A stretch of DNA of 64,000 nucleotides from an uncultured delta proteobacterium. Lineage in GTDB: Bacteria; Myxococcota_A; Polyangia; Palsa-1104. The notes under the pieces are model-generated. The model made no database searches, was not told the DNA's origin, and saw nothing but the letters and a program-made list of their open reading frames with translations. The DNA is taken from positions 640,001 through 704,000 of the forward strand of contig CAWAWS010000007.1 in assembly GCA_963785725.1 (NCBI GenBank), written 5' to 3'. Below are positions 30,139-41,358 of the stretch, one piece after another. Every line of letters starts with the position of its first letter. Positions within the stretch are counted from its first letter, which is position 1. A program made the position numbers and the translations under genes.

Positions 30139-32117
30139 TCGGTCGCGCCCGTGCGTTCGCATTCGCGCGCCCACATGTAGAAGCACGTCGAGTAGGCGAT
30201 CTTCATCCAGCCGCTGACGGACCAATAGAGGTTGACGATCAGCATGCCCCCGAGCGCGCCGATGGCCGGGTGGATGTAGCCGAGCGCGCGCATGACGACC
30301 CAGGCGAGCGGGAAGCAGATGGCGGCGACGATGTACGACGTGATCGACATCGCGACCACGCCCGCGCCGACGCCCGTCGGATCGTGGTCCATGAGCGCCT
30401 TGGAGCGCTTGAAGGCGGCGCCGAAGCTGACGCCTTCGATGACGAGCGCGGGCATGATGACGTAGGTCGCGGTCGTCCAGATGGCGCGCAAGAGGCGCAA
30501 GACGAGGCGCGCGGCGACGTCGTTGCGCTCGCGCGCATAGGTCGCCGCCAGGTCGAGCAGCGCCGAGACGGCGGCGAACGTCATGATGCCCGGCAGCGCG
30601 CGCTTGACCCGCGGCAACGCCGTCTCCATCGTCGCTGCGCCCGTCGTTCCGTAGTCGTACATGAGCGAGCAGGTGATCGAGTTACAGGCGTAATCGATGA
30701 AGTAGAGCAGGAAGCCTTCGACCGCCATGCAGGCATAGAAGCCGTTGCGCGAGTGCACGAAGAACAGCAGCACCGTGAACGCCGCCATCACCGGCGTCGT
30801 CACCAGCACGTCCCACACCAGCGGCTTTACGAGCGTCTTGTGCGTGCGCGCGAGCGTGAAGATCTGCGTCATGAAGGCGAGCGCGCGCGAGAACGATCCA
30901 AACGCGCCCTTCGGCGGCGGCGTGTATGCCTGCGCTGGCGCATTGGCGTGCGCTGCGTTGGCGTTCGGCGGGTTCGTCGCCGACGGCGCGTAGGGCAGCG
31001 CCGCTGGCGCGGCGAGCGGCTGCGCCGCCGGCGGCACGAGCGGCGCTTGCGCCATCATCGTCGGCTGGGTGCCGATGGGCGCGGGCTGCGCGTCGAGCTG
31101 GGCGGTGCGCGGCGCGGGCTTGGGCGTGAGCGGCAGCTGCGGCGCCTCCGCCATCATCGTCGCTTGCTGCGGCGTCGCTTGCTGCGGCGTCGCCTGCGGC
31201 AGGCTCACGAGCGGCGCTTGCGCCATCATCGTCGGCTGGGTGCCGATGGGCGCGGGCTGCGCGTCGAGCTGGGCGGTGCGCGGCGCGGGCTTGGGCGTGA
31301 GGGGCAGCTGCGGCGCCTCCGCCATCATCGTCGCTTGCTGCGGCGTCGCCTGCGGCGGCGTCGGCTGCGCCAGGCTCGGCGACGGCGTCCACGCTTCACG
31401 CGCGGGCGGCTTCGGCGCGGGCGGCGTCGCGCTCGGCGCCATCGGCACCGGCAGCTGCACCGCCGGCATGCCGATCATCGTCCGCTTGGCCGACACCGGC
31501 GCCGCCGGCGCGACGACCGGCCGCGCCCCAACCGGCGCGCTCGACGCGCGCGGCGGCGCGAAGGACGGCGGCGCGCTCGGGTTGGCCGGCGTCGCGATCG
31601 GCGGCAGCGTCGCCGGATCGATCCCCAGCGCCGCCAAATCCGGTGCCGTCATCTGCACGGTGCGGAAGTTCTCCGGCTCCGGCTGCGCCTTGCCGACGAC
31701 GATTCCCGCCGGCGGCGCCGCGGCCGCCGCGTCACGCGCCGCCAACGCCGCGCGCACTTCGGGCGGCAGCTCGGTCGGCATGCGCGTGCGATCGTCGGCG
31801 CCCGCGCGCGGCGTCACGACGTTCGCCAGCGCGCGCAGCCGGAAGATCAGCTGCACGCCGCCGATGTTCAGCTCATCGCCATCCTCGAGCGGCTGCACGC
31901 CATACACGAAGTTGCCGTTGCGCAGCGTGCCCGTCTGCGTGTCGAGATCTTGCACGTGCACGATGCCGCCGCCGTCGACGGTCAGCCGCGCGTGCTGCTC
32001 GGCCGCCGCCCCTTCGACGCGCAGCGCGCAGCCGCCGCCACGCCCAATGATGACCTCCGAACGATCGATCGCAAATGGAGCACGCTGCCCCCCCGAGAAC
32101 TCCAACACAGCCGCCAT
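30090..32117 (-). CDS. FHA-domain protein with Pro-rich repeat linker and C-terminal multi-TM domain
   Basis: 'VIIGRG', 'HARL', 'VQDLDTQTGTLRNG', 'LEDGDELNIG'; 57-aa internal duplication; about 5 TM helices at the C-terminus. Confidence 0.75.
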   Translation of the reverse strand: MAAVLEFSGGQRAPFAIDRSEVIIGRGGGCALRVEGAAAEQHARLTVDGGGIVHVQDLDTQTGTLRNGNFVYGVQPLEDGDELNIGGVQLIFRLRALANVVTPRAGADDRTRMPTELPPEVRAALAARDAAAAAPPAGIVVGKAQPEPENFRTVQMTAPDLAALGIDPATLPPIATPANPSAPPSFAPPRASSAPVGARPVVAPAAPVSAKRTMIGMPAVQLPVPMAPSATPPAPKPPAREAWTPSPSLAQPTPPQATPQQATMMAEAPQLPLTPKPAPRTAQLDAQPAPIGTQPTMMAQAPLVSLPQATPQQATPQQATMMAEAPQLPLTPKPAPRTAQLDAQPAPIGTQPTMMAQAPLVPPAAQPLAAPAALPYAPSATNPPNANAAHANAPAQAYTPPPKGAFGSFSRALAFMTQIFTLARTHKTLVKPLVWDVLVTTPVMAAFTVLLFFVHSRNGFYACMAVEGFLLYFIDYACNSITCSLMYDYGTTGAATMETALPRVKRALPGIMTFAAVSALLDLAATYARERNDVAARLVLRLLRAIWTTATYVIMPALVIEGVSFGAAFKRSKALMDHDPTGVGAGVVAMSITSYIVAAICFPLAWVVMRALGYIHPAIGALGGMLIVNLYWSVSGWMKIAYSTCFYMWARECERTGATDHALAPLPLRAALDAA

Positions 32118-32213
32118 GGGTCGCAATATTACGCTAGGGCGCGAGGTCAGTTCCACTCTCGTCGGTATGCGGCCGTGCGGAATTTTGCGGGTGCGACGAG
32201 TCACACACCGCGT

Positions 32214-33779
32214 TCAGTCGAGCGCGAGCACGAGGCGGCGGACGGCTTCGTCGAGCTCGGGCTCGCTCAGGCCGGCGAAGCCGAGGCGCAGCGTCGGTTT
32301 GGCGCGACCGTCGAAGGCGAAGCTGCGGCCGCTGCGGAATTCGGCGCCGCGGGCGCGGGCGCGTTCGGCCCAGGCGTCGACGTCGACGCCCTCGGCGCGC
32401 GCCCACAACGCCATGCCGCCGGCCGGTCGCGTGAACGTCAGCACGTCGCCCAGCCGCGCTTGCAGCGTCGCCATCAGATGATCGCGCCGCGCGTGATAGA
32501 TGCGGCGCATCCGTCGCGCGTGCCGCTGCAGCTCGCCGTCTTCGATGAGCTCGGCGACGGCGCATTCGACGACCTGATCGCCTTGCCGATCGATGGCGTG
32601 TCGGAGCTCGGTCACGCGCTCGACGAGCGCCGGTGGCGCCACCAGAAAGCCGAGCCGCAGCGACGGCGCCAGAATCTTCGACAGCGTGCCGACGTAGACG
32701 ACGCTCCCGCTCGTGTCGCTCGCCGCCAACGGCAGCACCGGCCGCCCTTCGTAGTGAAACTCGAAGTCGTAGTCGTCCTCGATGATGGCGAGGCGTCGCG
32801 TGCGCGCCAGCTCGAGCAGCTGCAGCCGCCGGCCGGCCGCCAAGCCCACCGTCGTCGGATATTGATGATGCGGCGTCACGTAGACGGCGCGCAGCGGCTC
32901 ACGCGCCGCCAGCGCCGCCAGCGCGTCGACGTCGACGCCGTCGCCATCGACGGGCAGCGGCACGACGCGCGCGCCGGTCGAGCCGAGGGCCGTCCACGCC
33001 GGCCGATAGCCGAGCCCCTCGACGGCGACGACGTCGCCGGGTGCGAGCAGCGCGCGGGCCACGAGGTCGAGCGCCATCTGGCTGCCGCGCGTGATGAGGA
33101 GATCGTCGGCGCCCGCCGCCAAGCCGCGCAAGGCCGACAGCATCGCCGCCAGCGCCACCCGCAGCCGCGCATGGCCGCGCGCGTCGCCGTAATCGAGCAG
33201 CTCGGGGCCGTGTTGGCTGAGCGCGCGACGATAGGCGCGGGCCAAGGGTGCCGTCGGCAAGAGGCGCACGTCGGGAACGCCGCCCGACAGTTGCAGCCGC
33301 CGCGCCGACAGATTCGCCGCTTTGGCGCGCGCGCCCGGCGCCTTGCCGCGCGGCTCGCCGGCGCGCGACCGCAGGCTCGTCGGATAGGGCGCGTCGCCGT
33401 GGCTGGCCGCCTCCAGCGTCGGCTGCGGCAAGAGCGGCGAACGGCGCGCCAGCTCGTAGCCGAGCCGACCCGGCATCGTCGCGCGCGCGCCGCCGCCGGG
33501 CAGTCGCCGCGCTTCGACCTCGGGCAGCGCCGTCGACACGAACGTGCCCGTCGCCTCCGCGGTCGTAATCCACCCTTCGGCCGCCAGCTCGCCGTACGCC
33601 GCCAGCACCGTGTTGCGATGGACGCCGAGCGTGCGCGCCAGCGTGCGACTGCCGGGCAGCGCGTCGCCCGGCCGCAGCCGGCCGCGCCGCACGTCGTCGC
33701 TGATGGCACGCGCCAGCCGCAAGAAGATCGGCTGATCGCCATCGGCCCGCAGATCCACCGCCACTTCCCATCCGCGCAT
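32214..33779 (-). CDS. MocR/GabR-type GntR regulator (HTH + PLP aminotransferase domain)
   Basis: 'LRPGDALPGSRTLARTLGVHRNTV..AY.EL.AEGWI', 'YVTPHHQYPT', 'IIEDDYD', 'GTLSKILAPSLRLG'. Confidence 0.92.
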   Translation of the reverse strand: MRGWEVAVDLRADGDQPIFLRLARAISDDVRRGRLRPGDALPGSRTLARTLGVHRNTVLAAYGELAAEGWITTAEATGTFVSTALPEVEARRLPGGGARATMPGRLGYELARRSPLLPQPTLEAASHGDAPYPTSLRSRAGEPRGKAPGARAKAANLSARRLQLSGGVPDVRLLPTAPLARAYRRALSQHGPELLDYGDARGHARLRVALAAMLSALRGLAAGADDLLITRGSQMALDLVARALLAPGDVVAVEGLGYRPAWTALGSTGARVVPLPVDGDGVDVDALAALAAREPLRAVYVTPHHQYPTTVGLAAGRRLQLLELARTRRLAIIEDDYDFEFHYEGRPVLPLAASDTSGSVVYVGTLSKILAPSLRLGFLVAPPALVERVTELRHAIDRQGDQVVECAVAELIEDGELQRHARRMRRIYHARRDHLMATLQARLGDVLTFTRPAGGMALWARAEGVDVDAWAERARARGAEFRSGRSFAFDGRAKPTLRLGFAGLSEPELDEAVRRLVLALD

Positions 33780-33832
33780 GGTCTAGTCAATATCACCGAA
33801 CTGGAGCTTTCGGCGGTACCAGTGCGTCGGCT

Positions 33833-34951
33833 ATGCAACAGACCATGCGTAGAGAGCGCTTCTTTCGCATGGATGGCGCCGCCGCCGTGCAGCTGCTCGC
33901 CGATTCGGCGGTGGTCCACTTGGCGAGCACCGACGCCGCGGGCGCGCCGATCTTGCGCACGCTGCATGCGGTGGTCGTCGATGGCGCGCTCTCGTTTCAC
34001 GCGGCGCCGGTGGGCGAGAAAGCGGAGACGATCGGGCGCGCGGCCGTCGTCTCGGCCGAGGAGATCGTGGCCACGGTGCCGAGCTACTTCGCCGACCCCG
34101 AGCGCGCCTGCCCGGCGACGACGCTCTATCGCAGCGCGCAGGCGCATGGCGTCGTGACGGCGGTCGAGTCGCGCGCGGACAAGGCGCGCGTGCTGCAAGC
34201 GCTGATGCGTAAATATCAGCCCGAAGGCCGGCACGTGCCGATCGACGTCGCCGAGCCGCGCTTCGAGGAGCTCTACGGCAAGCAGGTCGACGCCATCTGG
34301 ATCGGTCGACTGCCGCTCGATCGCGTCGATGGCAAGAGCAAGCTGGCGCAGAATCGCTCGCCGGAAGAGCGGGCGCGGCTGTGCGAGCACTTGTGGGCGC
34401 GCGGCGAGGTCGGCGACCCGCGCGCGATCGAGCTCATCCGCGCCGCCAACGCCGACATGCCGACGCCCGAATTCCTGCGCTTTACGCCGAGCGAGAGCCT
34501 GGCGTCGCACGGGATTACGCCGGCGGTGACGCTGCACTGCGCGCTCGATGAGCGCGACGTCGCACCGGCGGTCGCGCTCTTGGCGCCGGAATATTGGAAC
34601 GTCGATCGGCACGCGCCCGAGCGGATCGCCGGCGCCTTGCGCGGCTCGTCGGCGTGGGTGGGCGCGCGCGACGGCGCCGGCGCGCTCGTCGCCTGCGCGC
34701 GCGCCGTCAGCGACGGGCACAAGAGCGCGTGGATCTACGACGTCATCGTCGCGCCGGCGTGGCGGCGGCGCGGGCTCGCCAGCGCCGTCATGCGCCTCTT
34801 GCTCGATCATCCGCGGCTGCGCGATGTGGCCACGCAGCTCCTGCAGACGCGCGACGCGCAACCGCTCTATCGCACGCTCGGTTTCGCGGCGGAGGCCGAA
34901 GTGCCGGCCCCGCCTTTTCCACGAACGGCTATGCTCCGCAACCAGAGGTGA
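33833..34951 (+). CDS. pyridoxamine-5'-phosphate-oxidase-like (FMN split barrel) + GNAT acetyltransferase fusion
   Basis: 'SFHAA..GEK', 'ACPATTLYRSAQAHG', 'GKSKLAQN'; C-terminal 'WIYDVIVAPAWRRRGLA..L...LYRTLGF'. Confidence 0.8.
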   Translation: MQQTMRRERFFRMDGAAAVQLLADSAVVHLASTDAAGAPILRTLHAVVVDGALSFHAAPVGEKAETIGRAAVVSAEEIVATVPSYFADPERACPATTLYRSAQAHGVVTAVESRADKARVLQALMRKYQPEGRHVPIDVAEPRFEELYGKQVDAIWIGRLPLDRVDGKSKLAQNRSPEERARLCEHLWARGEVGDPRAIELIRAANADMPTPEFLRFTPSESLASHGITPAVTLHCALDERDVAPAVALLAPEYWNVDRHAPERIAGALRGSSAWVGARDGAGALVACARAVSDGHKSAWIYDVIVAPAWRRRGLASAVMRLLLDHPRLRDVATQLLQTRDAQPLYRTLGFAAEAEVPAPPFPRTAMLRNQR

Positions 34952-34953
34952 CC

Positions 34954-35595
34954 ATGGCGCTCACGCTGTACAGCGACGGGTTCTACATCAGCCCCTACGT
35001 CTTCTCCGTCTTCATCGCGCTGGAGGAGAAGGGCGTTCCTTATCAGCTCGCGACGGTGGCGTTGCAAGAGAAGGCGCAAGAACGGCCGGAATATCGCGAT
35101 CGCGCCATCACCGGCCGCGTCCCGGCGATCGATCACGATGGGTTTTGGCTCGCCGAATCGGCCGCCATCGACAACTATCTCGACGACGCCTTTCCCTTTC
35201 CGCAATATCGCCGCGCGCTGCCGGAGAACATCCAAGATCGCGCCCGCGCTCGCATGGTGCTCGACTGGATTCGCTCCGATCTGCTGCCGATCCGCGAGGA
35301 GCGTCCGACGCATACGATGTTCTACGAGCGCGCCAAGGCGCCGTTCTCGGCCGCGGGTGAGGCCGCGCAGAAGCGGCTGATCGAAATCGCCATGCGCCTC
35401 GTTCCCGAGGGCACGCCGTCGCTCTTCGGCGGCTGGTCGATCGCCGACAGCGATCTCGCGTTCATGCTGCAGCGGCTGATCCTGAACGGCCACGACGTCC
35501 CGGCGCGGCTGCGCAGCTTCGTCGACGCGCAGTGGGCGCGACCGTCGGTGCGCAAGTGGATTGCGCTGCCGCGGATTCCGTACGTCCCGTATTAG
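34954..35595 (+). CDS. yfcF: glutathione S-transferase, YfcF-like
   Basis: 'LYSD..YISPYVFSVFIALEEKG', 'TGRVPA', 'LAESAAI..YL', 'WIRSDLLPIREERPT', 'WSIADSDLA.ML.RL'. Confidence 0.8.
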   Translation: MALTLYSDGFYISPYVFSVFIALEEKGVPYQLATVALQEKAQERPEYRDRAITGRVPAIDHDGFWLAESAAIDNYLDDAFPFPQYRRALPENIQDRARARMVLDWIRSDLLPIREERPTHTMFYERAKAPFSAAGEAAQKRLIEIAMRLVPEGTPSLFGGWSIADSDLAFMLQRLILNGHDVPARLRSFVDAQWARPSVRKWIALPRIPYVPY

Positions 35596-36036
35596 CGGTC
35601 ACGCCGCGCGACATTCCCGCGCGTAATCTCAGACTCGGGCGCGTGTGCTCGTCTCCGACGTCTGCGTTTGGCGGCGAACGTCGGCGCTGCGAGACCGAGC
35701 CCGCGATAAACCATTCGCCACTTTGCGCGCTCAACCGATGGCCGGCTCGATGGAGCGAGGACGGGCGCGCGCACCGCGCGCCCGCCCGTCCTCGCCAATC
35801 CGACAACCGCGCGCCGCGCGTCACCACGGTCCAAGACTGCGCGGCCGCGCCATCGCCCGCGCGCCGCGCAATCTCCCGCACGCCGCAATTCGACCGCGCG
35901 CCGCATCATCCACCGGCCGCGCCGCAATTCGCCACACGTCGCTCGCAGTTGGCCCGCCCAAAATAAAACCGGCGTTCGAAGACGCTCGAACGCCGGCTGA
36001 AAACTCCCGAATGCGGCTTTGGCCGCGACTTCCGCG

Positions 36037-36975
<939 letters not shown>

Positions 36976-37106
36976 GGCGTCCTCCTTGAATAGGCGCGCA
37001 ATCTATAACGCGTTCGCTCTCGCGCGCAATGGCGGCAGCGACGAATGCCGACGAATGATCGGCGGCCGCGCAGCGGCGCGGTCGGACCGCGGCCGAGCGC
37101 GCGGCG

Positions 37107-37224
37107 CGGCGCGACGGTGAGCACGCACGCGCGAGCAGCGGCGGCAGATCTACGGCGCGACGGTGAGCGCGGGCGCGCGAGCCGCGGCGACAAATCTACG
37201 GCGCGACGGTGAGCGCGGGCGCGC
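37107..37224. repeat. duplicated 3' end of the 37196 gene (31 bp x2 plus a 16-bp partial copy)
   Basis: ATCTACGGCGCGACGGTGAGCGCGGGCGCGC at 37148 and 37194; partial copy at 37107. Confidence 0.75.
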
Positions 37225-38698
37225 CGGTCAACGGCGTCGCGGCGATGGTGACGGGCGGCGTCCAGCCGGCGCTGCCGAGCGTCGCGTGGCGCGGCAGGCC
37301 GTCGCCGTCGCGAACGTAGACGACGTCGACGATGCTGCCGCCCGAGCCGGTGACGAGCGCGGCCGGCAGGCTCGTCGTCTCGCCCGCCGACACCGCGACC
37401 ACGGTCGTCCACGCGTCGCCGACGAGCTGCGCGCTATAGAGCGCGCCGTCGCTGCCGTGGTAGACCGCGACCGGCGTGTCGTCGCTGCCGATGGCGAGGA
37501 GCGGCGCCGCGTCGGTGACGACGTAGCAGCTCGCCGGCTGACCGTCGCACAGGCTGTGCACGACGGTCGGCTGGCTGGTGACGAACGAGTACACGTGGTT
37601 GTCGTCGCCGCTGTAGAGGACGTGCACGCTGCCGCCTTGGTCGACGGCGACGGCGGGGCCGCGCGCGCTCGTGTTGCCGGTGAGCGCCGTCGCCGCGCCG
37701 CCGTTCGCCTGCACGATGCCGTCGTAGAGGTTGCCGTCGGTGCCGGTGAACACGGTGTGCACATCGCTGCCGGCGCGGAAGGCGGTAGGCGCGAGCGTCG
37801 ACAAGAAGTTGCCCTCGACGGCGGCGCTGCCGAAGCCGCTGCCGTCGTCGTGTAGCCAGTAGAGGCGCGCGTCGCCGTCGATGTTGCCGCGGAAGACGAC
37901 GTCGGTGGTGGCGCCGCCGACGAGCGCCGGCGGCAACGCCGACGACAACGCGCCGATGGGCGCCGGCGCGACGAAGCCGCTACAGTCGTCGAAGCGCACG
38001 GACGCGAGCGTGGCGTCGTGCTGGCAGAGTACAGCGAAGGGCCGGCCGGCGACGGTCGCGAGCGCCACGTCGTCGACGGCGACGGCCCCCGCGGCGGCGG
38101 GCAGCGCGCTCCAGCCGCCGGCGGCGACGCGCGCCGCGAAGAGGCCGGAGCCGCTCGGCGCCAACAGGTACAGCGTGCTCGCCGCGCCAGCCGGCGCGTA
38201 AGGACAGCGCGCCAGATCGTCAGCCGCCGCGAAGTCGGCGACGATCGCCAAGTCGTGGACGCCCGTCGCCGCCGCCAGATCGACGCCCGTCGCCGCCAAA
38301 TCCGCCGCAGCGAGGTCGACGCCCGTCGCCGCCGCGAGGTCGACGCTCGTCGCCATCGCGAGGTCGACGCTTGTCGCCGTCGCGAGGTCGACGCTTGTCG
38401 CCGCCGCGAGATCGTGCGCGACCGGCGGAGGCGCGAGATCAGCGACCGCCGGCGCCGCCAGATCGTGCGCGCCCGCGGCCGTCGCCAGATCCGCCGCCGC
38501 CAAGTCGCCGCCGACCGCGAGATCCGCTGCCCCGATTCCCGCGAGGTCGCGTGGTTCCGCAGGCGCGGTCAGGTCGGCCGGCACGCCGTTGCCGCCGACG
38601 CCGCTCGCCAAGTCGACGTCTGCCGTCGCTGGCGTCGGCGTGCATCCGGCAGCGATCAGCCCCAGCGTTACGGACAAAACGAAACAGCCACGCGACAT
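37196..38698 (-). CDS. lipoprotein with DLA-repeat linker and probable beta-propeller domain
   Basis: Lipobox 'IAAGC'; many 'DLA' repeats; repeated 'P.L....hhh..G.DG.LY' blades. Confidence 0.65.
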   Translation of the reverse strand: MSRGCFVLSVTLGLIAAGCTPTPATADVDLASGVGGNGVPADLTAPAEPRDLAGIGAADLAVGGDLAAADLATAAGAHDLAAPAVADLAPPPVAHDLAAATSVDLATATSVDLAMATSVDLAAATGVDLAAADLAATGVDLAAATGVHDLAIVADFAAADDLARCPYAPAGAASTLYLLAPSGSGLFAARVAAGGWSALPAAAGAVAVDDVALATVAGRPFAVLCQHDATLASVRFDDCSGFVAPAPIGALSSALPPALVGGATTDVVFRGNIDGDARLYWLHDDGSGFGSAAVEGNFLSTLAPTAFRAGSDVHTVFTGTDGNLYDGIVQANGGAATALTGNTSARGPAVAVDQGGSVHVLYSGDDNHVYSFVTSQPTVVHSLCDGQPASCYVVTDAAPLLAIGSDDTPVAVYHGSDGALYSAQLVGDAWTTVVAVSAGETTSLPAALVTGSGGSIVDVVYVRDGDGLPRHATLGSAGWTPPVTIAATPLTGAPALTVAP

Positions 38699-38793
38699 GG
38701 CCGAGAACGCTACGCCTACAAAATTAGAAACTCAAGTTAGAGTCACGCATTCGCCCGACGACGCGGAGGCCTGTGTATGTCTATATTTGCGGG

Positions 38794-39564
38794 ATGCCCG
38801 CGCCTTCGTTTCGCTGTCTGGTGACGCTGCCCCTCGTGCTGTCGTCGCTCCTGGCGGCAACCTCGGCGCACGCCACGCAATGTCGCGTCGTCGACGGTGG
38901 CTCGCCCGCGCTCGCCGCCATCGACGCCGAGACCCGCCTCGCGTGGCTCGATCGTCGCTTGCGCATCGCGGGGCAGCACGATCTGTTGTGGGCGGCGATG
39001 TGGGGCAGCGTCTACGGCGCGCTCACCGTCGGACAGCTGGCGCTGTGGCCGACGTCGAACAATCACACCGATCGCGCCGAGAAGGTCGTCGGCGCCTCGG
39101 CGTCGTTCATCGGCACGCTGTCGACGGTGATCCTGCCGCCGAAGGCGATCGCCGACGCGCGCTGGTGGGCGCGCCACTACGCGCTCGCCGCCGGTCACGA
39201 CGATCCGTGCGTGCTCGTCAACATCGCCGAGCAGATCCTCGTGCGCGACGCGGCCGACGACGAATTCGGCTCCGGCCCGCTCGTCCACCTCGGCAACTTC
39301 ATCATCAACGGCGCCGCCGGCTTCATCCTCGGCTTCGGCTACGGCGACTGGAAGGCGTGGGGCTACACGACGATCGTCGGCATCGTCGTCGGCGAAGTGC
39401 AGACCGCCACGCGCCCCAACGAGTCGCTCGAGGATTTACGGCGTTATCGTCGCGGCGAGCTCGACGCGCGCGTCGTCGAGAAGGTCCATTGGGCGGTATT
39501 GCCGGTGTTCTCGCACGACAACCTCAGCTCCAGCATCGGCGCGTCCTTCTCGCTCACGTGGTGA
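38794..39564 (+). CDS. membrane hypothetical protein
   Basis: Signal peptide plus several TM segments; ends in 'FSLTW'. Confidence 0.6.
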   Translation: MPAPSFRCLVTLPLVLSSLLAATSAHATQCRVVDGGSPALAAIDAETRLAWLDRRLRIAGQHDLLWAAMWGSVYGALTVGQLALWPTSNNHTDRAEKVVGASASFIGTLSTVILPPKAIADARWWARHYALAAGHDDPCVLVNIAEQILVRDAADDEFGSGPLVHLGNFIINGAAGFILGFGYGDWKAWGYTTIVGIVVGEVQTATRPNESLEDLRRYRRGELDARVVEKVHWAVLPVFSHDNLSSSIGASFSLTW

Positions 39565-39644
39565 CGTCCGCGACGCGCCGGCAGTCTGGCGCGCTCGCTG
39601 CATCCGAGTAAGCCAGCGGCTCTTGCCGCGCGGAGGCTGCGACG

Positions 39645-39854
39645 ATGCGAAAGTGGATGCTGGCGATGAGCGCGGGTTCGTTGTTGGCGCTGGGCGCATT
39701 CGGCTGCTCACACACCGTGGATCAGGCGCGCGCCGACTATCACCAGGACAAGGCCGAGCGCGCCGCCGATCACGGTCTCTACGACAAGGCCGCCCGCGAG
39801 CAGCGCGCCGCGGACATCGACGAGCACAAGGCCGAGGAAGCGCCGCTGCCGTAA
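39645..39854 (+). CDS. small lipoprotein
   Basis: GGAGG RBS, lipobox 'GAFGC', helical acidic/His-rich body. Confidence 0.6.
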   Translation: MRKWMLAMSAGSLLALGAFGCSHTVDQARADYHQDKAERAADHGLYDKAAREQRAADIDEHKAEEAPLP

Positions 39855-39888
39855 CGATCGCGCGGCGCGGCCCGCACGTCCGGCGACG

Positions 39889-40414
39889 TCAGTCGCAGCT
39901 GTCCGTCGGCGCGCACACCGCGTCCGCGGTGCAACAGCGATAGCCGTCGCGACAGCCCGTCGCCGCGCCCGGCGTGCACTTGGCCATGCACAGGTTGAAG
40001 GTGCCGCCTTCGCGCGCGCACATGCTGTCGGTCGGACAGGCCGTGTTCGTGCAGTCGCGCGTGCAGTGGCCGCCGGGAAACTGCACCTTCGTCTTGCCGG
40101 CGCCGACCTGATCGACGCACACCAGCCCGTCGCCGCCGCACTCCGCCGACGTCTTGCACGCGGCGCCGACCAGCGACGCCGGCGCGAGCGGCGCCATGTC
40201 CATCGCCACCATCGGCGGCGGCGGCGGCGGCGGCGCGCCCATCTTGACCGCCAAGTCGTCGACGGAGGCCGCCAGAATCGACGTCGACGCCCGGCGCCGG
40301 CCGGCCCGCCGCGCTACCCGACAGCGCGAGGTCGGGGCCGCCGCTACCGCCTGCCGACGCCACCTGAAACTGGCAGCCCGCCAAGCTCAGCATTAGCCAC
40401 AAGACCGACCGCAT
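39889..40414 (-). pseudogene. Cys-rich lipoprotein split by frameshift(s) near 40260-40310
   Basis: Lipobox 'SLAGC' in one frame; 'MDMAP..VGAACKTSAECGG..FPGGHCTRDC' in another. Confidence 0.55.
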
Positions 40415-40598
40415 GCGCGCTTACAGTGCAATGACGAGACCATCCGTTGCCGTCGTCATTCCAAACGCTTACGCAGCTGGAAGCGGGAGTCGGACGGCGC
40501 GACTGGGAGGCCTACACCTCGCCCCTGCGGCGTCATCCGCGCAGGGCGGCTCGGCGCCGGATCCGAAACAGCGCGCGGCGATCGACGAGCGTGGCGGC

Positions 40599-41273
40599 TT
40601 AGAACGAGCCGAGATTGTGGAAATTCGACGGGACGCCGGACGAGCTCTTCGTGCCCAACAGAACGCCGGCCGTGACCGCGCCACCGACGACGAGCACGCC
40701 GCCGATGATGCCGAGCGCGATCCAGCGTCCTTTGTGCGACGGCTTCTCCGGCGGCGGCGGCGTCACGACGAGGACGGGCGCGACGACCGGCGGCGGCGGC
40801 GCCACGGCCGGCGGCGGCGGCGCAACGACGGCGACCGGCGGCGGCGCCGTCGGCGCGAGCAGCGGCGGCGCCCGCGTGCCCGGCGCCGGCGGCACATCGC
40901 TCGACGGCGACGTCGCGTGCGCGCGCGACAACACGGCGATCCAGCGCTGCACGTAAACTCGCTCGCGCGCGTTCGGCTCCGCCGCCAGATAACGACGGTA
41001 AAACTCCAGCGCCTTGCCGCGCTGACCCGACAGCCGCGCCATCTGCGCGATGTCGTACAAGAACAGCGGCAGCGGCACACAGGCGTAGCCGGCTTCGAAA
41101 TCAGCCATCGCTTGCAGGTAGTTGCCGAGCTTGTGGTGCGCCTGGCCGAGCTCGAACTGCGCTTTGGCCACGCGCTCACCGCCGCAGCCGGGATCGGCCG
41201 CTTCCACGTTCGCCGCCATTCCCAGGAGCACAACGAGCACGAGCACGAGCAAACGCACGGGGCGATGAATCAT
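40599..41273 (-). CDS. myxobacterial TPR protein with Pro-rich linker and C-terminal TM
   Basis: 'AKAQFELGQAHHKLGNYLQAMADFEAGY..P.P.FLYDIAQ..R..G....AL.FYRRYL'. Confidence 0.75.
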   Translation of the reverse strand: MIHRPVRLLVLVLVVLLGMAANVEAADPGCGGERVAKAQFELGQAHHKLGNYLQAMADFEAGYACVPLPLFLYDIAQMARLSGQRGKALEFYRRYLAAEPNARERVYVQRWIAVLSRAHATSPSSDVPPAPGTRAPPLLAPTAPPPVAVVAPPPPAVAPPPPVVAPVLVVTPPPPEKPSHKGRWIALGIIGGVLVVGGAVTAGVLLGTKSSSGVPSNFHNLGSF

Positions 41274-41358
41274 CCGCGCGTGATTATGCGGGATCGATGG
41301 CGGCGGGCGCAAACGCCGTCGCTCGTCGAGCGTGGCTGCGTGCTATAAATAGGTCGTG

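Noticed and set aside
29784..34157. 1457-aa ORF and many other long Arg/Ala-rich ORFs in the track
   Set aside because: Shadow frames of real genes, caused by high GC and scarce stop codons; no recognisable domains.
35596..36036. Possible ncRNA in the 440-bp GST-mdh gap
   Set aside because: GC-rich sequence with no recognisable tRNA, ncRNA or riboswitch signature.
38779..38795. GTCTATATTTGCGGGAT as a fourth att core
   Set aside because: Only weak similarity, no arm homology, and it lies in a probable promoter region.
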